Positions 27,286 through 37,563 are shown, counted from the first letter of the stretch. The stretch is DNA of 64,000 nt from an uncultured OCS116 cluster bacterium (GCA_902632055.1 CACPAS010000001.1:13434-77433); one strand, 5' to 3'. Notes: generated by a model not told the origin, from the sequence alone. Program-made: numbers and translations.

Positions 27286-28671
27286 ATGACAAATAAAATG
27301 TGGGGTGGTAGGTTTTCTAAAGCTACAAATGAGCTACTAGAAGATCTCAACGCATCAATAAGTTATGACTATCGTCTTGCGAAATATGATATTGAAGTAT
27401 CAATTGCGCATGCAATGATGCTTGCAAAATCGGGTATTATCAAAAACGAAGAATGTGATCTAATTGCTAATGGTCTAAAAAGTGTAAAGAAAGAAATTGA
27501 TGACGGTAAATTTGAGTTAAACAAACAACTAGAAGATATTCATATGAATATTGAAAGTAGGCTCACTGAGATTATTGGGCCAGTTGCTGGTAAATTACAC
27601 ACAGCAAGATCAAGAAATGATCAAGTTGTAACCGATACTAGATTATTTCTAATTGAAAAAACCAATAATCTTATAGCGCTAATTGAAGAAAATCAAAAAA
27701 TACTATCACAGCAGGCGCTAGACAATTTTGATACCATAATGCCAGGCTACACACATCTACAGGTAGCTCAACCGATTACGCTTGGACATCATCTGTTATC
27801 TTACGTAGAATTGCTTAATAGGGATAAACTGAGATTTAAGGATAGTCTTAAAAGATTAAATGAAAGTCCTCTAGGTGCAGCAGCAATGGCTGGCACATCC
27901 TATCCAATAGATAGAGAATACTCTGCAAAATTGCTTGGCTTTGATAGACCAATGTCAAATTCCATTGATGCCGTATCATCAAGGGATATGATTCTTGAGA
28001 CACTGTCAAACACTGCTATATTATCTGTGAATTTATCGAGATTCGCAGAAGAAATTATCTTATGGGTTTCAACTGAATTTAATTTCATTAAACTACCCGA
28101 CTCGCTAACGACTGGGTCATCAATTATGCCCCAAAAAAGAAATCCCGATGGAGCGGAAATTATACGTTCAAAGGCTGGAAGAGTCATTGGGTCTCTTAGT
28201 ACCTTGCTAGTCGTTATGAAGGGTCTCCCGTTGACATACAATAAGGATTTGCAGGAAGATAAGGAGCCTTTATTTGACGCAATAGACACAATAGAATTAT
28301 CACTTCAGGTCATGTGCCAAATGATCACAGAAATGAAGCCAAATAAAGATAGAATGCTAAAATCAGCCAAAAATGGATACTCTATTGCAACTGATATTGC
28401 TGATATTCTAGTTCAGAATTTAGATATCCCGTTCAGAGACTCACATAAAATCGTTGGGTCAATTGTTAGCTTTGCGGAAGAAAATAATAAGCCTTTAGAT
28501 GAACTAGTTGTAGAAGATTATCAGAAAATTGATAAGAGAATAACAATAGAACTAGTAAATAAAATATCATTTGATAGAATTATTCATAATAAAACCTCTC
28601 AGGGTGGCACTGCCCCAAGCAATGTGAAGAAAGAAGCGAAAAAGTGGTTAAAGGCTCTGAAAAACAGATGA
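27286..28671 (+). CDS. argH: argininosuccinate lyase
   Basis: 461 aa. MWGGRF N-terminus and the fumarate-lyase signature GSSIMPQKRNPD. Confidence 0.96.
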   Translation: MTNKMWGGRFSKATNELLEDLNASISYDYRLAKYDIEVSIAHAMMLAKSGIIKNEECDLIANGLKSVKKEIDDGKFELNKQLEDIHMNIESRLTEIIGPVAGKLHTARSRNDQVVTDTRLFLIEKTNNLIALIEENQKILSQQALDNFDTIMPGYTHLQVAQPITLGHHLLSYVELLNRDKLRFKDSLKRLNESPLGAAAMAGTSYPIDREYSAKLLGFDRPMSNSIDAVSSRDMILETLSNTAILSVNLSRFAEEIILWVSTEFNFIKLPDSLTTGSSIMPQKRNPDGAEIIRSKAGRVIGSLSTLLVVMKGLPLTYNKDLQEDKEPLFDAIDTIELSLQVMCQMITEMKPNKDRMLKSAKNGYSIATDIADILVQNLDIPFRDSHKIVGSIVSFAEENNKPLDELVVEDYQKIDKRITIELVNKISFDRIIHNKTSQGGTAPSNVKKEAKKWLKALKNR

Positions 28672-28820
28672 TAAAGCGAAAAAAAACAAGCACGATAATG
28701 ACATTAATTTTAGCTTTTTTGCTATTAATTGCACTTAATTCATGCGGTGTAAAAGGCGATATCGAACTGGAAAAAGAATCAATTTCTGAAAAAACAAGTA
28801 TTTTGGATAGATTAATCTAA
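28668..28820 (+). CDS. small lipoprotein, LptM(YifL)-like
   Basis: 50-aa ORF absent from the ORF track. Its ATG overlaps the argH TGA (ATGA). Signal peptide plus lipobox LNSC followed by GVKGD, the Cys-Gly-x-Lys-Gly pattern of YifL/LptM-type lipoproteins. Occupies the conserved argH-lysA position. Confidence 0.6.
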   Translation: MIKRKKTSTIMTLILAFLLLIALNSCGVKGDIELEKESISEKTSILDRLI

Positions 28821-28864
28821 AGAATTTTCCTAGCAATATACTAAAGAGAAAATAATATAAAATA

Positions 28865-30121
28865 ATGGCTCCAATAAAATATAAAAGTAATAGTCTATAC
28901 ATTGAAGGATTAAGCGTTGAAAAGCTTGCTGATGATAATCAAACCCCGTTCTATTGCTATTCTGAAAAATATATCGAAGATCAGTACCAAGCGCTCATAT
29001 CCGCATTTAATATGGATGTAAAAATATTTTACTCTATGAAAGCAAATTCAAACATATCAATCTTAAAGGTACTTCTAAATAAAGGCTCGGGTATTGACGT
29101 TGTATCAGGTGGTGAGATTGAGCGAGCCATTACGGCGGGTGCATCTGGAAGAGATATAATTTATGCTGGGGTCGGTAAAACAGATGAAGAGTTAACTTAT
29201 GCGATCAAAACAAAAATACATTGCATTAATGTCGAGTCGCAGTCAGAGCTTATGAGAATAAATGATATATGCCAGAAACTAAATACTAAACAAAATATCT
29301 CACTGAGAGTAAATCCAGATGTTGATGCAAAAACCCATGTTAAAATAACAACTGGTAAAGCTGAAAATAAGTTTGGTATCGAATTTGACTATATAAAGAG
29401 CCTGTACGCAATAGCTGCCGAATTGCCTAATATAAATATATGTGGAATCTCTCTCCATATTGGAAGTCAAATCACGAATCTTAAGCCATTTAAAAAAGCT
29501 TTTCAGATCATATATGATCTTATTCATGAACTCCGAAGCCTTGGGCATAAAATTAAACATGTTGATCTTGGCGGCGGTCTTGGTGTGACATATTCGGATG
29601 ATGATAATGTGCCAACATTCAAAGAGTATGCGTCTCTCATACAGAGCATATTTGGTAATTTAAAGATTGAAGTATATATTGAGCCAGGCCGGCTTTTGGT
29701 TGCAAATAGTGGTCTCCTGGTAACCAGAGTTGTGGATATTAAAACAACAAGTCAGAAAACCTTTGTGGTCGTGGATGCAGCGATGAATGATTTTATAAGA
29801 CCCACTTTATATAGCTCCTACCATGAGATACTTCCTGTTCAGAATAATTTAGGTACCTCGAATAAGCTTTATGATATCGTTGGACCGATTTGTGAAACGG
29901 GCGATTATTTTGCGAAAAATAGGAAAATGAACTCTGTTCAAGTTGGTAGTTTGATAGCAATTAAGTCCGCAGGAGCTTATGGATCGGTTCTATCCTCAAA
30001 TTATAATTCAAGGCCACAAATCGCAGAAATAATTGTTCAAAATGATAAATATGAAATCATTCGTGAGAGGGTTGAGGTAAAAGATATGCTGACCCGAGAG
30101 AGGATAGCAAATTGGTTATAA
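28865..30121 (+). CDS. lysA: diaminopimelate decarboxylase
   Basis: 418 aa. PLP-Lys region YSMKAN, the HIGSQ motif, the GGGLGV block, and CETGD. Confidence 0.95.
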   Translation: MAPIKYKSNSLYIEGLSVEKLADDNQTPFYCYSEKYIEDQYQALISAFNMDVKIFYSMKANSNISILKVLLNKGSGIDVVSGGEIERAITAGASGRDIIYAGVGKTDEELTYAIKTKIHCINVESQSELMRINDICQKLNTKQNISLRVNPDVDAKTHVKITTGKAENKFGIEFDYIKSLYAIAAELPNINICGISLHIGSQITNLKPFKKAFQIIYDLIHELRSLGHKIKHVDLGGGLGVTYSDDDNVPTFKEYASLIQSIFGNLKIEVYIEPGRLLVANSGLLVTRVVDIKTTSQKTFVVVDAAMNDFIRPTLYSSYHEILPVQNNLGTSNKLYDIVGPICETGDYFAKNRKMNSVQVGSLIAIKSAGAYGSVLSSNYNSRPQIAEIIVQNDKYEIIRERVEVKDMLTRERIANWL

Positions 30122-30135
30122 ATTTTTAGGATAAA

Positions 30136-30810
30136 ATGGCAGACACCCTATTATCATTAGAAAATGTATATCATAGATACAGCATATCAAGAGATATTTT
30201 TAATAATATAAATTTGAATATTAAAGAGGGTGATTTTTATTTTATTACTGGTTCATCCGGCGCAGGTAAAACCACATTTCTCAAGCTTTTATCGTCATCC
30301 CTAAGGCCAACAAGCGGCAATGTTTTATTTAGCGGAGTCAATTTCAATAATATACCACAAAATAAGCTGTATCTGACTAAAAGAAAAATCGGCTTTGTTT
30401 TTCAAGATTTCCGTTTACTGCCACATTTAACAACATATGAAAATGTTGCGTTACCTCTAAAGGTTCAAAATAAAAAAGAAAAAAACTATAAAAAGGATGT
30501 CATTGAGCTACTCAATTGGGTAAATCTAGAGCATTGCACGCATAGCTATCCAAATTATTTATCAGGAGGTGAACAGCAGAGAGCAGCAATTGCAAGAGCT
30601 GTTATATCTTCTCCGAAACTAATACTTGCTGATGAACCAACTGGTAATGTCGATAATGAGAATTCAAAAAAGATTCTAAATCTATTCAGCGAAATGAATA
30701 AATTAGGAACTACCATAATTCTTGCGACACATGATGAGAATCTTATATCCCATAAAAGGGCAAATGTGATTGAGATAGAAAACAATGGGATTAGGATTAG
30801 AGGTAAATGA
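30136..30810 (+). CDS. ftsE: cell division ATP-binding protein FtsE
   Basis: 224 aa. Walker A GSSGAGKTT, ABC signature LSGGEQQR, Walker B ILADEPTGN. Confidence 0.9.
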   Translation: MADTLLSLENVYHRYSISRDIFNNINLNIKEGDFYFITGSSGAGKTTFLKLLSSSLRPTSGNVLFSGVNFNNIPQNKLYLTKRKIGFVFQDFRLLPHLTTYENVALPLKVQNKKEKNYKKDVIELLNWVNLEHCTHSYPNYLSGGEQQRAAIARAVISSPKLILADEPTGNVDNENSKKILNLFSEMNKLGTTIILATHDENLISHKRANVIEIENNGIRIRGK

Positions 30811-31445
30811 ATATAATAAATAAAGTCATAGATAAATCAGAGGCAAGAAGAGCAATGAAACAACTCGCTCCACGACCCGGATCAATTATTTCTAGCACAA
30901 ATTTTCACAGTAAATATCTATTTATAGTGATATCGCTGTTGAGCTATTTAATAACAACACTTTTGACATCATTCGTAATTCTAATTGGTCAGCCTGAATT
31001 TTCTACACTATCAATAGGCATGGTACAAGCTAGTCTTATATCTTGGATATTATTAATTTTTATAATTTTTGTAATTATCGCTTACATAATTATTTACGGA
31101 ACTCATACATCGATTATTTACAACAGAAATACTATAAATTTACTAATACAACTTGGGGCTTCAAATAATTTTGTTATAAATAAAATCGTTTTCTCTTTTA
31201 CAAAAATAGGCTTTACTGCTGGATTAACTGGATCATTTGCTGGACTAATAACTATAATTTTTATAAACCCATTCTTACTGCAAATCAGTGGATTGTTGAA
31301 TAATATCTCTGATTTAGTTGTTGTATCTACCAGTTCGATCTACGCTCAATATTATATATACATAGTAGTACCATTATTCATCATCACTATCTGCGCAGTA
31401 TCGTCCTATTTAACTGTCAAAAGATTAGTGAATAAATATTATTAA
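30807..31445 (+). CDS. ftsX: FtsX-like permease lacking the periplasmic domain
   Basis: 212 aa, 4-nt overlap with ftsE. The FtsX-type block after TM2 (NTINLLIQLGASNNFV) is present. Only about 13 residues separate TM1 and TM2, where FtsX normally has about 90-100. Confidence 0.7.
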   Translation: MNIINKVIDKSEARRAMKQLAPRPGSIISSTNFHSKYLFIVISLLSYLITTLLTSFVILIGQPEFSTLSIGMVQASLISWILLIFIIFVIIAYIIIYGTHTSIIYNRNTINLLIQLGASNNFVINKIVFSFTKIGFTAGLTGSFAGLITIIFINPFLLQISGLLNNISDLVVVSTSSIYAQYYIYIVVPLFIITICAVSSYLTVKRLVNKYY

Positions 31446-31460
31446 CCTGATAATGGAAAT

Positions 31461-32054
31461 ATGTTGAGATCACTAAAAATTCTTAAAATACTGTCCACCA
31501 TTTTATGTATCTTCATTCTTATACTCGACGTCCTTGATTTTGTAAGAATATTCAATTCGAGTTCAGTTATTGTTGAGCAATCGCATGATATCGATGGAAT
31601 AGTTGTATTTACAGGCGGCGAAGATCGTATAAAAACATCAGTTGAGCTACTTTCAAGTGGTGTAGCAGAACGGCTTTTTATATCGGGCGTAAATCCAGGG
31701 ACAAATAAATATAATATTTCAGAGCAAATACTCATTGATTTCAATCTAATTGACTGTTGTATAGATCTAGGTAGCAATGCGAAAAATACCTTTGAGAATG
31801 CATTAGAAACCGCTGATTGGATAAGGGAAAATGAATACGAAAATATAATAATTGTGACATCAGATTACCACATGAAAAGAAGTTTATTAATCTTAAGAAA
31901 TTTAAGTAAAAATACCAACTTTTTCCCCTACCATGTTAAAAGCAAGCTTCTGTACGACTTGAATATAACAAAATTTGAAAAACTAAGGATAATCGCACTT
32001 GAATATTCTAAATATTTATATACGCGTGTAAAATTATTATTTGAATTTAATTAG
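31461..32054 (+). CDS. YdcF/ElyC (DUF218) family protein
   Basis: 197 aa. N-terminal TM helix, then VVFTGGEDRI and a later IIIVTSDYHMKRS block typical of DUF218. Confidence 0.7.
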   Translation: MLRSLKILKILSTILCIFILILDVLDFVRIFNSSSVIVEQSHDIDGIVVFTGGEDRIKTSVELLSSGVAERLFISGVNPGTNKYNISEQILIDFNLIDCCIDLGSNAKNTFENALETADWIRENEYENIIIVTSDYHMKRSLLILRNLSKNTNFFPYHVKSKLLYDLNITKFEKLRIIALEYSKYLYTRVKLLFEFN

Positions 32055-32063
32055 GTGATTTAA

Positions 32064-32786
32064 ATGATAAGCGGTGTAATTTATTATATTATTTTTTCAT
32101 TAAACTTATTGATATTTTCTATTATTTTCTTACCTTTATTTTTCCTCCCAAGATCAATCGGATTAATGATCTTACGTTTTTGGGCAAGAGTTTCACAAAG
32201 TATACTTTACTATTTGTGTGAGATTGATTTTGAAATTTACGGGGAAGAATTCATTCCTAAGGGAAAAGCATTAATCGCCTCAAAGCATCAATCAACTTGG
32301 GAGACAATTAATTTTCTTCATATATTAGATCAGCCACCTATAATGATATTGAAAAAAGAATTACTATTTATTCCATTCTTCGGTCAATACGCAATAAAAT
32401 TCGGAAATATTGCAATCAATAGGAAGGCTGGGATTTCTGCAATAAAAGATATGGTTAGGAAAGCAAGAAAAAGTAAAGATCAAAATAGATCTATATTAAT
32501 ATTTCCCGAGGGCACAAGGAGCGCAATTAATTCAGACCCTGAATACAAACGAGGTATATTAGCATTATATAAAGATTTAGAAATACCATGCGTGCCTGTT
32601 GCATTAAATTCCGGGCTATTTTGGCCCAAAGATAAGCTAAAAAAGCAGCCCGGTAAGATATTAGTTGAATTTCTCAGCCCCATTCAACCCGGACTTAGCG
32701 ATGATGATTTCATGAGACTATTACAGACACGTATTGAAGATGCAACAAATAGACTGATTAAGTCACAGCAAGAGGGGTTATTCTGA
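32064..32786 (+). CDS. plsC: 1-acyl-sn-glycerol-3-phosphate acyltransferase
   Basis: 240 aa. Acyltransferase motifs HQSTWE (HxxxxD/E) and FPEGTR. Confidence 0.85.
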   Translation: MISGVIYYIIFSLNLLIFSIIFLPLFFLPRSIGLMILRFWARVSQSILYYLCEIDFEIYGEEFIPKGKALIASKHQSTWETINFLHILDQPPIMILKKELLFIPFFGQYAIKFGNIAINRKAGISAIKDMVRKARKSKDQNRSILIFPEGTRSAINSDPEYKRGILALYKDLEIPCVPVALNSGLFWPKDKLKKQPGKILVEFLSPIQPGLSDDDFMRLLQTRIEDATNRLIKSQQEGLF

Positions 32787-33686
32787 CTCTATTTTTTTTA
32801 TTGAGTCTAAGATCTTGTTACGCTTTTTGCGTGTTTCTGTGAATATGCTCTCCAGCTTATTTGCATTATCCGTCTGAATATTTTCCTTAAGGTCTGTTAA
32901 GCCGTCTATAAAGCTATCAAGTATTTCTATTACCGCTTTTTTATTATTTATAAAAATATCCCTCCACATAATTGGGTCCGATGATGCAACCCTCGTATAA
33001 TCAAGGAATCCACCAGCTGAATATTTTGTAAATTCTTGATTTTCTCTATTTTCTAGCTTGGATGCAGTATCAACAAGATTAAAAGCAACCAGATGAGGTA
33101 AATGACTGATAGTCGCAAGCACAAGATCATGCATTTCAGGCGACATAGTATCAACAAACATCCCGAGCTCTTCCCAAAAGGAAATTAACTTATTCAACTG
33201 TCCTTTATCGGTTTTTGTGTATGGCGTTAACAGACAACATTTTTTATTAAATAATTCAGCAAAACCTGACTCCGGACCTGAAAACTCAGTACCTGCGATA
33301 GGATGCCCAGGTATAAAACTCACACCATCTGGCAAATACATGTCAATTTGATCAATAACAGCTTTTTTTACAGAACCAACATCTGTTATAATAGCCCCCA
33401 TTTTCAGGTGTTCTTTAATTTCTCTCATAATGTCGGCATTTGACCCAACAGGGACGCATAAGATTATTAAATCAGCATTATGCACTGCTCCAGCTGATGT
33501 ATCAAAAATTTTATCCATATAACCGAGTTCTTCAGCCTTTTTTCTGGTAGCTATTGTTTTGGCATAACCAAAAACCCTTCTGGCAATTTTATTTTTTTGA
33601 ATACCTCGAGCAATAGAAGACCCTATTAGTCCAATACCAATTATCGCTACTGTATCAAATATTATATTTTCTGATTTCGTGTCCAT
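32778..33686 (-). CDS. tyrC: prephenate/arogenate dehydrogenase
   Basis: The ATG at 33686 (MDTKSENIIFDTVAIIGIGLIGSS) is preferred over the GTG at 33728. The GHPIAG catalytic block is present. Its stop overlaps plsC by 9 nt. Confidence 0.85.
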   Translation of the reverse strand: MDTKSENIIFDTVAIIGIGLIGSSIARGIQKNKIARRVFGYAKTIATRKKAEELGYMDKIFDTSAGAVHNADLIILCVPVGSNADIMREIKEHLKMGAIITDVGSVKKAVIDQIDMYLPDGVSFIPGHPIAGTEFSGPESGFAELFNKKCCLLTPYTKTDKGQLNKLISFWEELGMFVDTMSPEMHDLVLATISHLPHLVAFNLVDTASKLENRENQEFTKYSAGGFLDYTRVASSDPIMWRDIFINNKKAVIEILDSFIDGLTDLKENIQTDNANKLESIFTETRKKRNKILDSIKKIESE

Positions 33687-33732
33687 ATCTTTATCTTTTA
33701 ATTTAAAATAGAAATTAGTTAATATCACAAAC

Positions 33733-34851
33733 TTATTCTACATATTCCCGTATCTTGTCAAGAACAACCCTATTTTGCTCTTTGCTACCTATTGTAATTC
33801 GGAGATGAGATGGGAGTCCGTAATCTGAGACATTCCTTACAAAAATATTATTTTTTATAAGATAATTATTCAGATCCTCTGCACTTTCTCGCTGCCCTAT
33901 TGGATTTTTTTTAGCAATATTTTTTAAATCCAATAATAAAAAATTTGCAACGCCACCGTGAACCTTAATTTTAATCTCCTCATATGCCTTTAATAATTTC
34001 TGTTTTTCATTAGAATTTAATTCAACAGATTTGGTAACGTGATCACAATCCTCAATAGCAGCAGCACCAGCATTTATAGCGGCGGTTGAAAGATTAAATG
34101 GTCCTCTAATTTTGTTTAGCACTTCGATAATATGTGATGGCGCATACGCCCATCCAATTCGTAGTGCAGCAAGAGCGTAAACTTTTGAAAAAGTTCTTGT
34201 CATGACGGTATTAGATGTATCTGAAATCAGGCTTTTTCCATCATTATAATCCCCCTCTTGGACATATTCAGCGTATGCACCGTCAATGACCAATAATATA
34301 TGTTCTGGTAATTTTTTTCTGAGCTCAGAAAGTTCATTACCATTTAAGTATGATCCAGTGGGATTATTTGGATTTGCAATAAATACAATCTTTGTTTTTT
34401 TTGTGACGCAGCTGATAATGGCATCTATATTTGCCTTGAGCCCAACTTCTTTTGCAGCGATTGGAGTCCCATTATTTGCTAATGTGATTATTTTGTATAG
34501 TAAAAAGGCATGCTCGCTAAAAATTACTTCATCTCCCGGCATTAAATAAGCAGCAGCGATTAGGTTTAAAATTTCATCTGATCCAGCTCCACATATAATA
34601 TTATTCACATTTATATTATGCAGTGCTGCTATTTTTTCTTTCAAAAGCGTGCTGTTACCATCCGGATATGTAGAAAGAGACTTAGCTGAGTCAATGTATG
34701 CTTTAACAGCTCTAACACTTGGCCCTAAGGGCGATTCATTTGATGATAATTTTATTGCGCCAGCTGCTTGGCTGCCCTTTCCACCTTTGTAGCGACTAAT
34801 GCCAAGAATCCCATCGCGGGGTTTTATCAAATTACTCAACTTCATCTCCAA
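33733..34851 (-). CDS. hisC: histidinol-phosphate aminotransferase
   Basis: 372 aa. Class-II aminotransferase with NPNNPTG and the PLP-Lys region RTFSKVYALA. Confidence 0.9.
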   Translation of the reverse strand: MEMKLSNLIKPRDGILGISRYKGGKGSQAAGAIKLSSNESPLGPSVRAVKAYIDSAKSLSTYPDGNSTLLKEKIAALHNINVNNIICGAGSDEILNLIAAAYLMPGDEVIFSEHAFLLYKIITLANNGTPIAAKEVGLKANIDAIISCVTKKTKIVFIANPNNPTGSYLNGNELSELRKKLPEHILLVIDGAYAEYVQEGDYNDGKSLISDTSNTVMTRTFSKVYALAALRIGWAYAPSHIIEVLNKIRGPFNLSTAAINAGAAAIEDCDHVTKSVELNSNEKQKLLKAYEEIKIKVHGGVANFLLLDLKNIAKKNPIGQRESAEDLNNYLIKNNIFVRNVSDYGLPSHLRITIGSKEQNRVVLDKIREYVE

Positions 34852-35644
34852 TTATTATAGGCGTGGCATATTTACCAATGCGTTGAATTTCGTGAATTAT
34901 TGAAATTTTGTCTAATTTAATATCTAGTTTACCTTTTATTGCTAACAAATAAAATTCCTCTGATAATTTTTTTATAAACTCAGAAGCAACACCTAAATTA
35001 TCTTGAAGCAAAAAGGATAGATATTCCTTGTCTATCATTTTTTTCTTATCAACTTTGATTTTATATACATATGTATCATCTTCTGTGAGAAATTGATCTG
35101 TCTGCCCAATAATGTACAGAGTTGGCTCTACGCCTTTATCTTGTAGCTGTGGTAATGTACCGATTATAGATAGTTTTTTTCCATCAATATGAAGTAATGA
35201 AGAGCTATCATTCCTAACAACGAGGATGGTTGATCCTATATTTTTTTCTCTCTTCAGCAAGTCTATTGCATTCTCATCCTCGATAAGATTATTAACTGAG
35301 CCGAAATTATATAATATCAAATCCCGATCATTTTTCTCGATGTCTTTCTCTATAATTATGTCAAGCTTTGATTGTATTGCAGTATTTGCATTAATTATTC
35401 CTCGCCATACACCCCAAATTTGATGTAAATTTAGCGAGCCTAGATCGGAATTATTTAAATCTCTTAATATTTGCATTTCCCGAGATGGGTGAAAAACAGG
35501 GAGATTTTGAGCTTTCTTTACTTTTGCCACTTGTGTTGCAACATCTGCCCTTTCAATGATAATTTTCCTTAAACGGGTGTCAATCTTATCAAGACTCATC
35601 CTCAGCTCACTGAGTTCTTTATTGATTTTTTTTTCATCTACCAT
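34832..35644 (-). CDS. chorismate mutase (AroQ-type N-terminal domain) with uncharacterised C-terminal extension
   Basis: 270 aa. The first roughly 90 aa have the CM_2 pattern LRMSLDKIDTRLRKIIIERADVATQVAKVK...PSRE. The remaining roughly 170 aa are unassigned. Sits upstream of hisC-tyrC. Confidence 0.7.
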   Translation of the reverse strand: MVDEKKINKELSELRMSLDKIDTRLRKIIIERADVATQVAKVKKAQNLPVFHPSREMQILRDLNNSDLGSLNLHQIWGVWRGIINANTAIQSKLDIIIEKDIEKNDRDLILYNFGSVNNLIEDENAIDLLKREKNIGSTILVVRNDSSSLLHIDGKKLSIIGTLPQLQDKGVEPTLYIIGQTDQFLTEDDTYVYKIKVDKKKMIDKEYLSFLLQDNLGVASEFIKKLSEEFYLLAIKGKLDIKLDKISIIHEIQRIGKYATPIIIGDEVE

Positions 35645-35830
35645 TTTATTTTAGAGAGTGATAGTTCCACAGTTATTTTTGAAATATATCGTAAATATTA
35701 TTACTATATAAAGCATATAGTTGTTAAATAATAGACAATATTTAAAATTAAATATATCTAAGTTATTCTAATATTAGAGAATTATTAAAATTTCTATGCA
35801 TTAATAGGATATAACAAACCATTAAACAAA

Positions 35831-36934
35831 ATGACAAAAATAGTCAAATATACCAATAATGATTTTAATTTAGCTTCAGGAAAATCAATTTCACCACTTG
35901 AAATTGCTTACGAGACATATGGAAAGCTCAATAAAGATAAAACAAATGCTGTTCTTATCTGCCACGCGCTCACAGGTGATCAATATGCATGTGATATTAA
36001 TCCAATTACAAAAAAACCAGGTTGGTGGGATATTTTAGTTGGAAAAGGTAAAACAATTGATACCGATAAATATTTCATAATTTGCTCGAACGTTCTCGGT
36101 GGCTGTATGGGTACGACTGGACCAAAGTCACAAAACTCAACTACGAATGAGCCATATGGACTAAATTTTCCAGTAATAACAATCAGTGATATGGTAAAAT
36201 CACAAGTATTACTGCTTGATCACTTAGAAATACCAAAAGTCTTGACAGTAATTGGTGGGTCTATGGGTGGCATGCAAGTGCTATCTTGGATGTCTGAATA
36301 TCCGAATCGAATAAAATCAGCAATTCCTATTGCCACTGCAGCATATCACACATCTCAAAATATTGCATTCCATGAAGTCGGAAGGCAGGCGGTTATGGCG
36401 GATCCAAAATGGCATGATGGTAAATACTTTGAATATAATACTTCACCCGAAAAAGGCCTGTCAGTGGCTAGAATGACAGCTCATATAACCTATTTATCCG
36501 AGGTTGCCTTACAGAATAAATTTGGAAGAAACTTGCAAGACAGAGCAAAAAAAACGTTTAGTTTTGACGCTGACTTTCAAGTTGAGAGCTATCTTCGATA
36601 TCAAGGCGTAAATTTTGTCAAAAGATTTGATGCAAATAGTTATCTTTTCTTAACGAGGGCTATGGATTATTTTGATTTAATTTCCGAAAATGATGGGGTT
36701 TTAGCAAATGCATTTAGTGATTTAGATGCCTCAGTTTGTATAATTTCTTTTACTGGTGATTGGCTATTTCCATCAGTCGAGAGTAAAAAAATCGTTCATG
36801 CATTAAATTCAAAGGGCGTTGATGTGAGTTTTATAGACATTGAGTCGAATAAAGGGCACGATGCATTCCTGATGGAAGAGCCAGCAATGTTCAAAACGAT
36901 ACGTGGGTTTCTGGATGCACAATATAATAAATAG
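35831..36934 (+). CDS. metX: homoserine O-acetyltransferase
   Basis: 367 aa. LICHALTGD, nucleophile GGSMGGMQ, and C-terminal KGHDAFL. Confidence 0.95.
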   Translation: MTKIVKYTNNDFNLASGKSISPLEIAYETYGKLNKDKTNAVLICHALTGDQYACDINPITKKPGWWDILVGKGKTIDTDKYFIICSNVLGGCMGTTGPKSQNSTTNEPYGLNFPVITISDMVKSQVLLLDHLEIPKVLTVIGGSMGGMQVLSWMSEYPNRIKSAIPIATAAYHTSQNIAFHEVGRQAVMADPKWHDGKYFEYNTSPEKGLSVARMTAHITYLSEVALQNKFGRNLQDRAKKTFSFDADFQVESYLRYQGVNFVKRFDANSYLFLTRAMDYFDLISENDGVLANAFSDLDASVCIISFTGDWLFPSVESKKIVHALNSKGVDVSFIDIESNKGHDAFLMEEPAMFKTIRGFLDAQYNK

Positions 36935-36957
36935 TCATTGATAGGTAATGTGAAGTA

Positions 36958-37563
36958 ATGAATAGTAGGTCTGATTTTTTAATTATTGAGGAGATGGTAG
37001 AGCATGGCTCTAAAGTTTTGGATATTGGCTGTGATGATGGATCACTCCTGAAAATGCTACAGGATAGAAAGAAAGTTGATGCACGTGGTATAGAGTTATA
37101 TTCAGATCGAGTAAATTTGTGCCTTGAAAAAGGTCTACCGGTTGTACAGGGAGATGCAAACCATGACCTTGAAATGTATCCAGATAATAGCTTTGATTAC
37201 GTCATTTTGAGTAAGACACTTCAATCTGTCGATAAGCCAAGAAAAATACTTGAGCAGCTACTTCGCATTGGAAAAAAAGCAATTGTTTCAATACCAAATT
37301 TTGGTCATTGGAAAGTCAGGCTTTACCTTACACTAAATGGCCAAATGCCAATGACTCCATCACTGCCAGCTAAGTGGTATAATACTGAAAACATACATCT
37401 CTGTACAATTAATGATTTTTTGAGTCTATGTGATGAAATTAATATTGAAATTATGAAATCGGTAGCTCTCGATAAAAATGGTGTGCGGTTAAACTTTGCA
37501 AACCGCATTCGCTCTGTTAACTTAATAGGTGAACAGGCAATATTCTTACTGAAAAGAAAATAA
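36958..37563 (+). CDS. metW: methionine biosynthesis protein MetW
   Basis: 201 aa. SAM-methyltransferase-like VLDIGCDDG block, immediately after metX. Confidence 0.9.
   Translation: MNSRSDFLIIEEMVEHGSKVLDIGCDDGSLLKMLQDRKKVDARGIELYSDRVNLCLEKGLPVVQGDANHDLEMYPDNSFDYVILSKTLQSVDKPRKILEQLLRIGKKAIVSIPNFGHWKVRLYLTLNGQMPMTPSLPAKWYNTENIHLCTINDFLSLCDEINIEIMKSVALDKNGVRLNFANRIRSVNLIGEQAIFLLKRK

Noticed and set aside
35645-35830. Possible SAM riboswitch (SAM-II/SAM-V type) in the 186-nt spacer upstream of metX
   Set aside because: The spacer is almost pure A/T. It has no G/C-containing helices and no AAAGCU-like pseudoknot core, and I could not draw any convincing stem. It more likely holds two divergent promoters.
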